Shown one piece after another: positions 18,310 through 25,418 of a stretch of DNA of 64,000 nt. This stretch comes from a virus (lineage: Duplodnaviria > Caudoviricetes), in the IMG/VR virus record IMGVR_UViG_3300033062_002592, positions 1 through 64,000 of that record. The stretch is one strand, 5' to 3'. The notes beneath the pieces were generated by a model that searched no databases, was not told the DNA's origin, and worked only from the letters and a program-made list of their open reading frames with translations. A program made the position numbers and the translations under genes. Every line of letters starts with the position of its first letter. Within the stretch, counting starts at the first letter, position 1.

Positions 18310-18554
18310 CTGGTGAAAGACCGCCAAATCTGAAAGTAGGAGACTACGTTTGGATTAGAAATGGTAATGACTGTGGCAGAAGTCTCTTACCCATTAGACC
18401 CATAAAGGTTATGATAATAAGATTTGACTTTGGTAACTTCCAAGCTCATACTGATTTAGACCTAGTTACAGATTGGTGGTACGGCTACCATGAAATCTTC
18501 GAGCCCAAACCAAGAAAGAAAGGCAACTTCGTTGGGGAGAGGGTGATACAATGA
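18306..18554 (+). CDS. SH3/KOW-like small protein with C-terminal tag (KPRKKGNFVGERVIQ)
   Basis: NLKVGDYVWI...IKV.I; tag. Confidence 0.8.
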   Translation: MTGERPPNLKVGDYVWIRNGNDCGRSLLPIRPIKVMIIRFDFGNFQAHTDLDLVTDWWYGYHEIFEPKPRKKGNFVGERVIQ

Positions 18555-18745
18555 GTAGTTCTACCTCCTCTGTAACTAATCGACCACATTGGTCGATATG
18601 GTCAGGAACGACTCCAGAACCAGTATATTTCTGGATAGATGAAAATAGGATTGCCCATATATCTGTTTCCCCAGATGAAGAAAAGAAAGCTCCGCCGCCA
18701 AAAAGAGTTAAAGGCAAATATGTTGGAGAGAGGGTCATCCAATGA
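18551..18745 (+). CDS. Small protein with C-terminal tag (KRVKGKYVGERVIQ)
   Basis: ATGA-coupled; tag. Confidence 0.75.
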   Translation: MSSSTSSVTNRPHWSIWSGTTPEPVYFWIDENRIAHISVSPDEEKKAPPPKRVKGKYVGERVIQ

Positions 18746-18951
18746 TAATCACAAAAACCTGTGTAAAATGCGGCAGAAAATTTCAATGTGAGCCTGCTGA
18801 GAACTGTGGTTCTCGGTATACAGAAACTTGCGAATGTGGAATATGTTTAGGACATAAAGGTTCCTGTGAATACCTACTAAAGAAAAAACTGGTAGAGTTG
18901 AACCCGAGAAAAAAAGGAGAAATAATTGGAGAAAGGGTGGTACAACTATGA
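18742..18951 (+). CDS. Cys-rich small protein with C-terminal tag (PRKKGEIIGERVVQL)
   Basis: CVKCGRKFQC...C.C..C...C; tag. Confidence 0.8.
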   Translation: MIITKTCVKCGRKFQCEPAENCGSRYTETCECGICLGHKGSCEYLLKKKLVELNPRKKGEIIGERVVQL

Positions 18952-19214
18952 ATAATCCATGTGGAGCTGATCCAACACCAGCTCATCCTCAAAACTATTG
19001 TCAAGATGATAGGACTTGTTGTTATCACTGCGAAAAAATTAGAGAATGCCTCCCAACATGGGGAGGACCTTTGCTGGTTCATTACTGTTCAAAGCATAAC
19101 CTTTCAAGATTGTGTTCCGCTGTAGCTGAGAAAATTCGAGAAGATGGATTCCTAATTAAAATCTTTCCACCTAGAAAAAAGGGTACCTTCGTAGGAGCTA
19201 GAGTTTATCAATGA
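18948..19214 (+). CDS. Cys-rich small protein with C-terminal tag (PPRKKGTFVGARVYQ)
   Basis: C...C..CC..C...C...C...C; tag. Confidence 0.8.
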   Translation: MNNPCGADPTPAHPQNYCQDDRTCCYHCEKIRECLPTWGGPLLVHYCSKHNLSRLCSAVAEKIREDGFLIKIFPPRKKGTFVGARVYQ

Positions 19215-19996
19215 AATTCAATATGGAAGAAGCCTTAAAATCTGGTTTCTACATCAGCGGAACAACAGGCTGCGGTAAAACTGATGTCGGAATGTACTGT
19301 GCAGATGACTTGCGTTCACAAGGTATCACGGTGTTCGTCTTTGACCCTTCACAAGATTGGATTGAAAGATATCCAATTCGGAACAGAGTTAGTTTCAGCT
19401 TAATCACCGATGATATCGACCTAGGTTTCTCTGACTTAAAACTTGAGGATACAATCTTTGATACTTCGCGTTTAACAACCTTGCAATTTCAACAACTTGT
19501 GGAGAACTTTTCTAAGGCAATTTATTTACATCAAGCCGTTTTGAAAAAAGAGGAACGAAAATTCTGTTTTCCTATCTTTGAAGAGGCACACACTGTCTTG
19601 CCGGAAGGAGTTATGAAGTCCAAAACACTTCAAAACCTAGTGCGTTTAATCACTGTGGGTCGCAACTATAAAATACGAGTCGGCATGATAACGCAGTTTG
19701 CAGCCATGCTTGATAAGTCCGCGTTGAGGTATATGGGGCAAAGGTATTTTGGGTGGACTGACGAATACAACGATGTCCACAGAATTGGCACAATGATTGG
19801 TTTTGAAGAGTCTAAAGCCTTAAAATTTCTTAAATCAGGAGAATTTCTCTACTATTGTCCTTCTCTTCACATTCAAGAAAAGGTGTCAATTGAACCTTAT
19901 AAATCAATTCTTCCCATTATTAAAAGGGAGAAGAATCCTCCTCAAAAATCTCGCCTAGAATTTTCAAAGATAAACATCGTTACCAAATATTGGTGA
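19211..19996 (+). CDS. HerA/FtsK/VirB4-superfamily P-loop ATPase
   Basis: GTTGCGKT Walker A, VFDP, FEEAH Walker B, GR Arg finger, TQ motif; coupled to the last tagged ORF. Confidence 0.8.
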   Translation: MKFNMEEALKSGFYISGTTGCGKTDVGMYCADDLRSQGITVFVFDPSQDWIERYPIRNRVSFSLITDDIDLGFSDLKLEDTIFDTSRLTTLQFQQLVENFSKAIYLHQAVLKKEERKFCFPIFEEAHTVLPEGVMKSKTLQNLVRLITVGRNYKIRVGMITQFAAMLDKSALRYMGQRYFGWTDEYNDVHRIGTMIGFEESKALKFLKSGEFLYYCPSLHIQEKVSIEPYKSILPIIKREKNPPQKSRLEFSKINIVTKYW

Positions 19997-20006
19997 ATTC
20001 CATCCT

Positions 20007-20681
20007 TTAAACTTTTTCACAAATTTCAAGGTAATCTTTATAGGTGCTGACGGTCTGCCAACATCCTTTATATTTCTCGAAGCAAAGTTTTCTCCGCTGC
20101 GCAAGCTCAGGCAACAGGGTCTCCTCAAGATTTCCTTCCCTTGGAAAGTTCAAACCATTGTTCAGCCTATCCACATTAAAGGCATAGTGTCCACATGATA
20201 CATAATAATCCGCAAGAGGTTTTTCCTTGAATCCCAACACAAGTTCACCTCGGGTTTTCAACATACCAAAAGTGATTCTAGGCTTTGCCGCCAATAAAAC
20301 TGCCGGGAATTTTTCAGCCTTCAAAATCATGTGCATCGGCTCACTTTCAAGGACCAAATCGTCCACATTGCAAACATAGAAAATCTTTCCTTCGATGTTT
20401 GCCAAAACATTTGAAATTGCTCCCGCAGTACCTCGCCTTTCTTTCTCCACAAAAATTGAAATCATCGGCTTTGCTTTAGATTCCAAAATCCATTCATCAA
20501 TTCCATCAATTACATCCTGAGAAACCACGAGGTGGATTTTTTGGAAGCCTTTGCTTAAAAGCCATTTCGTCTGCAATGACAATAGGCTTTGTTTGCCAAT
20601 CTTCAAAAGCGGTTTGCAAACATTGGTATCCCATTTCAGGCGGTTGGAAAATCCGCCTGCAAGCACTATTGCATCCGTCAT
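20007..20681 (-). CDS. Sugar-1-phosphate nucleotidyltransferase
   Basis: AIVLAGG..NRL....KPLL, GTAGA, NVDD, FKEKP. Confidence 0.88.
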   Translation of the reverse strand: MTDAIVLAGGFSNRLKWDTNVCKPLLKIGKQSLLSLQTKWLLSKGFQKIHLVVSQDVIDGIDEWILESKAKPMISIFVEKERRGTAGAISNVLANIEGKIFYVCNVDDLVLESEPMHMILKAEKFPAVLLAAKPRITFGMLKTRGELVLGFKEKPLADYYVSCGHYAFNVDRLNNGLNFPREGNLEETLLPELAQRRKLCFEKYKGCWQTVSTYKDYLEICEKV

Positions 20682-20930
20682 TTAACAGGTCACCGGAACA
20701 TCCTGCGCATTTGAGGTTGTATAATAATCCGATTTGCCTGAGCATTGAGTTACACTTGTGGTGTACCATATATACGGCGGATTAGTATAAGGCCAAGTAT
20801 AAGGCCACCACCATGGATTTGGATATGGTCTTGGAACATAGTAATCTCTCTTTCCTTCATTGTTTGCGCAGCTTCCACATTTATCAGGGTAGCTGGTGCA
20901 TTTATCTCGGTATCTACATTCTATACACAT
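20682..20930 (-). CDS. Small Cys-rich protein with Pro/Trp/Tyr-rich tail
   Basis: CxxC...C...CxxC, then PYPNPWWWPYTWPY. Confidence 0.55.
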   Translation of the reverse strand: MCIECRYRDKCTSYPDKCGSCANNEGKRDYYVPRPYPNPWWWPYTWPYTNPPYIWYTTSVTQCSGKSDYYTTSNAQDVPVTC

Positions 20931-20931
20931 T

Positions 20932-21681
20932 TTATTCTTCCTCCTTCCTTGTTTTTTCCTTTACATATAATCGCGTCAACATCGCCAAGTTTGCCTCGGC
21001 CAATGTTGCCGAACCCGTAATTACTTTATGATAATCATCCAGATATGAATGCAATTTGCCAATAGTTTCAACAGCCTGCTCTTTGCTTGTGCTTCGCTCC
21101 AGCATCCTTGGAATGAACCATCCTTCGATGGAATCCAAATACTTATCCATGCTCATTTTAAGCTCGGCTTTGCGAGTTTCACCCATGATGCTCACGAAAG
21201 ACTTCTCCTGACTTTCCAGTTCTCGAATGGCTGAAAGAACCTTCATAGCAGTTTCCAGATATTTATTCTTGGAAGCTTCATCCTTAGAATTCTTCACGGA
21301 CTTGTAATTTTTCCATGTTTCCTTTAAAATGACTCTATGAGCCCGAAGCATGGAAATTTTTTCTTTCTCTTCTTTGTTGAATTCTTCATCCGTCTCTTCG
21401 GCTTCTCTAACCTCTTGGAGAATTTCGTTCTCGATTTCGGATTCACTTTTCTTGGCTTTCTTACCATATCTTTCCAAGATTAAATCCTTGTATTCTGGGG
21501 TGTACTTCTTGCGGTATGATGCGATATTCTGGGCTGTGATTCCGGAGATGAATGGAAATTTTTCATTAAAGACAGCTAAAATCTCAGAGTTTGTCAAATC
21601 CTCGCGCATCTTGCCTTCAAGCCAAAGTCTTATTTCGAGGCTCTGCGCAAGAATGGGATTCTGTTTAGGCTCTTTACTCAA
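20932..21681 (-). CDS. Helical protein with N-terminal HTH (terminase-small-subunit-like architecture possible)
   Basis: LTNSEILAVFNEKFP...ITAQNIASYRK HTH-like segment followed by coiled helices. Confidence 0.5.
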   Translation of the reverse strand: MSKEPKQNPILAQSLEIRLWLEGKMREDLTNSEILAVFNEKFPFISGITAQNIASYRKKYTPEYKDLILERYGKKAKKSESEIENEILQEVREAEETDEEFNKEEKEKISMLRAHRVILKETWKNYKSVKNSKDEASKNKYLETAMKVLSAIRELESQEKSFVSIMGETRKAELKMSMDKYLDSIEGWFIPRMLERSTSKEQAVETIGKLHSYLDDYHKVITGSATLAEANLAMLTRLYVKEKTRKEEE

Positions 21682-21701
21682 TGTAAATCATCTATAAAAA
21701 T

Positions 21702-21834
21702 TGGGCTGAAGCAAGGTAAAAAGAGAACTTGTACGCCAGTGACCCAGAGAGTTCCATACCAAAAACACCGTTACACACGGTTCTCCCCCAGGTTTGGAAG
21801 CCTCAGAGCTAATCATAATCCTTGCTTCAGCCCA
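21702..21834 (-). ncRNA. Candidate about 133-nt ncRNA closed by a perfect 15-bp stem
   Basis: TGGGCTGAAGCAAGG (21702-16) pairs with CCTTGCTTCAGCCCA (21820-34); minus-strand TATA at about 21858-21865; T-run right after the stem. Confidence 0.6.
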
Positions 21835-21919
21835 TTATATTTATATATGGTTCACCTTTATAAAGTTTTTGGTTTTAGTCCGCAAACTTTATATACGCCT
21901 AATGCATCATATAGTTAAT

Positions 21920-22200
21920 GCTAACTCTCTCTCAGAGTTTGCTGAACGCCCGAAACTGCCTTGGGATTTAAGATATGTATTAAAGTTTCCTCGAAGGCTT
22001 TGACCAATCTTTGAGGAACCCCAAAGTGGAAAGCCCACGGAAACAGGCACAGAAACGGTAGAAACAGAAACCGCTCGCGGGATAACCACATTCCCAACAA
22101 AGGCAGCGGGATCCGTTCAATGTAGAAAGGGACGCCTGTGGTTGCCTTGGCTCAAGGTAGGCAGTAAAACTTAGTATCTTGAGTGACCCTAGCCCAGCTA
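21920..22200 (+). ncRNA. Candidate large structured RNA or 5' leader (about 280 nt)
   Basis: Long-range nested pairing TGAACG-CCCG-CTGCC-TTGGGA (21943-66) with TCCCAA-GGCAG-CGGG-CGTTCA (22092-119); hairpins at 21987-22018 and 22151-22183 with G-U pairs favouring the plus strand; promoter at about 21881-21899. Confidence 0.55.
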
Positions 22201-22228
22201 CGTCTCCTACAAAAGTCATGTGATAAAT

Positions 22229-22375
22229 ATGCCTGAAGAAAAGTGCGCAAACCCCTTCAAGAGGACGAAATGTAACAACACTGATGTGGTCTGTTACATC
22301 ACCAACGACAGGATTCCAATCTGTGAGAAATGTTGGAAAGAAATTTGCGACAAAGATTACTGTTGGGATCCATAA
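22229..22375 (+). CDS. Small Zn-finger protein (48 aa, not in track)
   Basis: MPEEKCANP...C...ICEKCW; TAATG coupled to the next ORF. Confidence 0.55.
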   Translation: MPEEKCANPFKRTKCNNTDVVCYITNDRIPICEKCWKEICDKDYCWDP

Positions 22376-22500
22376 TGAATTGCCCATCCTGTAATTCCTC
22401 AAATACTGAATTACAATGGGTCGAAAATAGCTTGAAGTTCTACAAATGCCATGCTTGCCTCAGGATATTTACAATCGCTGAGACCGATAAGCTTAAATAG
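22375..22500 (+). CDS. Small Zn-ribbon protein (41 aa, not in track)
   Basis: MNCPSCNS...YKCHAC. Confidence 0.55.
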   Translation: MNCPSCNSSNTELQWVENSLKFYKCHACLRIFTIAETDKLK

Positions 22501-22522
22501 AATGTTGTAATTATATAAATCA

Positions 22523-23008
22523 GTGAACTCTATGACTGTCAAAATCGATTCCTCAGAACTCTTAAGGATTATATCTCGAATGGACAAGGATGCCGAAGGC
22601 TGGGCTGATTTCAAAGAATTTCTCCTCAGAGCCTCCGAAGACAACCATTGCACAGTTTTGACCATTCGCAGCTATGTAAATAAGTATCCTGATTTATTTG
22701 AACATCGGCACAGCCAAATTCGCGCCAAAAAAATCAGCCCTTTGCCCGACCAAGTTAAGCAGAATGAAGAATTCAATAAATGGCAAGAACAACGAGAAGC
22801 CATTCTTAACGAATGCCTTGAATTTCTCAAAGTTCAGACGCCTACACCATACATAGAAAATATATTGGTGCAAATTGCCTCAGTGCGGGAAGAACTTCGC
22901 AGTTATACCGACACAAAATTGTCATCGCTGATAATGGATCTTCAAAGAGAGTTTAACTTTACCCCAAAGAATTTGCCTGAAATAAGTGAGGTGACTCCAA
23001 GTGCCTAG
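22523..23008 (+). CDS. Hypothetical protein
   Basis: 161-aa ORF coupled to 23001. Confidence 0.6.
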   Translation: MNSMTVKIDSSELLRIISRMDKDAEGWADFKEFLLRASEDNHCTVLTIRSYVNKYPDLFEHRHSQIRAKKISPLPDQVKQNEEFNKWQEQREAILNECLEFLKVQTPTPYIENILVQIASVREELRSYTDTKLSSLIMDLQREFNFTPKNLPEISEVTPSA

Positions 23009-23525
23009 CCCCAAAGATTGTTGGGTTGAAGCTAATATATTTATCAAGCCAAAATCTAAATATGTATTGCCTGCATTTGTGAAGCCTTTAATTCAAAATC
23101 TCAAGAAAAACTTTGAAGTGAAATCTTGGCATTTCTTCCAAGAACCAAATTACGAGATACGTTTCCGAGTTTTAACGACCACTAAAGATTCTGAACATAT
23201 TAAAGATGTACTTATGCTTCTTCCATCAGATAAAAAAATCTCCAAATTTGTGAAAAAAATTGAATTCACTGATTACAATGGAGAATCAAAGCTTTTTGGA
23301 AAAGATGGTTGGCCAATTGCTTTCAGAATGTTTGAAGTCAATTCGGATTGGGCACTTGCCTATAATGATCCTACAGTCAAAAAGGGTGTTAGATTCAGAT
23401 TGGCTGATTTTAACCACTTTTTACTTAATGTTAATAACTTTGGTGTTGAAGAAGAAATAGAGGTTCTTGCGTATATGATTAAAGAACGGGCCTTAATGAT
23501 GGCACAAATTTACAGTGTGAGGTGA
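23001..23525 (+). CDS. Stand-alone lantibiotic-dehydratase C-terminal (SpaB_C/thiopeptide-type) domain-like protein
   Basis: WHFFQEP..EIRFRV...Y.GE..LFG...A..MFE..S..AL...H..LN pattern. Confidence 0.55.
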   Translation: MPSPKDCWVEANIFIKPKSKYVLPAFVKPLIQNLKKNFEVKSWHFFQEPNYEIRFRVLTTTKDSEHIKDVLMLLPSDKKISKFVKKIEFTDYNGESKLFGKDGWPIAFRMFEVNSDWALAYNDPTVKKGVRFRLADFNHFLLNVNNFGVEEEIEVLAYMIKERALMMAQIYSVR

Positions 23526-23695
23526 AACAAAATGTATGATGTATATGATAGTGAAACTCTTGCCATTCCAAAGAAACTTTCAAAAAGATTTTGGAAAGTT
23601 AAGGAACAATTCGGTAATCTTTCAGATAGCACCTATGATATTTTCATAGATGATGTTATCACGGCGATGGAAAATAGGATCAAGGTGCTTCGCCA

Positions 23696-24277
23696 ATGAA
23701 AATTGCCATTGTAGGACCCGAACTTTCAAAATGGAAATCTAAAGAGCAGATAGAGAAAGTCAAACAAGAAATAAGCAATATTTTATTGGATTATCATGTT
23801 ATTCCAGTAAATGAGAAATTTAGCTCATATAAACATGAGATTCTTGTTTCAGGTCATTGTCCTAAAGGTGGAGTTGACATCTGGGCTGAAGAAATTGCCG
23901 ATGAATTAGGCATAAAGAAGGAAATCTATCCAACAGAAGTGAATCAATGGGAAGATAAGAATTATGGACCAAGAATAATTATAAACCCTTCAGATATTGG
24001 TAAGGATAATGTGCTGAAAGGTTACAAATCCAGAAACATCCAGATAGCAGAAGCATGTGACATGTTATATTGCATTGTTCCAAGAACAACTTTGGATAAC
24101 ATCAAATCATGCTATGATGGTTGTGGAGCTTTTGATACATGTGGACTTCCACTTAAAGATTGCAATCAATATTGTATTCATTGTAAAGAGAGAGGACACC
24201 AAACCAACGGTGGTTGTTGGACTATGAAGTATGCAAAGAAACTTGGAAAGGAAACTCATCTTGTGGTGATAGAATGA
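23696..24277 (+). CDS. SLOG-superfamily (YspA/DprA-like) protein
   Basis: IAIVG...VSGHCPKGGVDIWAEEIA...RNIQIA..CD...GG..T..YAKKLGK. Confidence 0.75.
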   Translation: MKIAIVGPELSKWKSKEQIEKVKQEISNILLDYHVIPVNEKFSSYKHEILVSGHCPKGGVDIWAEEIADELGIKKEIYPTEVNQWEDKNYGPRIIINPSDIGKDNVLKGYKSRNIQIAEACDMLYCIVPRTTLDNIKSCYDGCGAFDTCGLPLKDCNQYCIHCKERGHQTNGGCWTMKYAKKLGKETHLVVIE

Positions 24278-24540
24278 AAGTCCGAGAAATGGATGAACTT
24301 GTGTTCCTTTGGGAAGAATATGCTAAAGCTTCTGATATGAAATTAACTGAAGGTGCTCAAGACCTCAAATATAGAGTCCGAGAATTTGTAAAGTCATTAC
24401 CAACATTTAAGGAGTGATGAAATTTGCCACATTGTTCAGTTTGCCTTGACCGTAAAGATTTGAAATTCTATAAAGGTAGATGGTACTGCAAGCATTGCAA
24501 ACCAAAGAGCCCTGAAGAATTTGTGAAACATGGTGAATGA

Positions 24541-24999
24541 TTGGTCGAACTTCGAAACGGTTACCAAAGGATGTTGTTGGTTGACGATAGAGAACCACTT
24601 CGGATAGTTGAAATGATTGCCCAAAATTGCTCAATTCCAATTGATTTTCGCAGATTAAAGACTGGAGATTACATCTCTGATGATATGGAAGTAGGAATTG
24701 AACGTAAACAGATAAAGGACTTTGCCTCTTCCTTAATTTCTAAGAAGAAACGTTTATGGAAGCAGTTCGATAGATTGAAGAAAGAATTTAAACACCCATT
24801 TATTTTAATCAGCGGAAAGCTCTCGGATTTAGATATGAACGTCAGTAACCATGCTATACTAGGAGCCATCGCTTATTTGGCGACCAATGGCATAACAGTT
24901 GTCAAGGTAGATTCGGATGAAGATTTGGCCTATTTAATTTTAAAGGTTTTTGAGAGATATGGGAAGCTTAAAATGCCAAATGAATTACATAATATATAA
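24541..24999 (+). CDS. ERCC4/XPF-family nuclease domain
   Basis: VDDRE, GDY, ERKxxxD motifs. Confidence 0.88.
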   Translation: MVELRNGYQRMLLVDDREPLRIVEMIAQNCSIPIDFRRLKTGDYISDDMEVGIERKQIKDFASSLISKKKRLWKQFDRLKKEFKHPFILISGKLSDLDMNVSNHAILGAIAYLATNGITVVKVDSDEDLAYLILKVFERYGKLKMPNELHNI

Positions 25000-25034
25000 A
25001 AAATAGGGAAATTTATTTAGTTCACACATCTAAA

Positions 25035-25289
25035 TTATGGATGTGGTTCGCCATAATGATAAGCAAGAGTAACTAGGTCTGAAAGTCCCACGGCGCCATT
25101 GCCGTCTAGGTCGCATCTAGCGTCCCACTTTGCCTCACCAGGCCTACTACCATAAGCTCCTGCAAGTAGGACAGCATCTTTAAGATCCACTTTGCCGTCT
25201 CCATTGATATCACCAATTGTTGCAAAGGCCGGAGCAACGAAAAACAGCGCAAGCAAAGCTATGATGGCAATGATTATTAGCTTGTTCAT
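25035..25289 (-). CDS. Secreted dockerin-only mini-protein
   Basis: Signal peptide MNKLIIIAIIALLALFFVAPAFA, then two EF-hand-like dockerin repeats GDINGDGKVDLKD / CDLDGNGAVGLSD...YG. Confidence 0.85.
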   Translation of the reverse strand: MNKLIIIAIIALLALFFVAPAFATIGDINGDGKVDLKDAVLLAGAYGSRPGEAKWDARCDLDGNGAVGLSDLVTLAYHYGEPHP

Positions 25290-25418
25290 TTCCTTCACCC
25301 CCATAATATACTGTATCAATTGAAAAGTAAAAACTTTTTGGTTTTTCCAATCAATTGATTCTCAATAATCTATGATTCATTTGCCGTTGAAAAAATTTAC
25401 ATCAAGTTAGAACCAAAA

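Noticed and set aside
7849-19214. Tag as an integron attC-like or purely SD-driven DNA repeat
   Set aside because: No palindromic structure, no integrase in the window, heavy synonymous variation with amino acids conserved, and the tag persists on cluster-terminal genes (2319, 8378, 10371) that have no overlapping downstream gene.
22010-22075. RNase P RNA (GAGGAA and ACAGAAA-like words)
   Set aside because: I could not find the P4 pseudoknot partner or the conserved 3' region, so the element is left unassigned.
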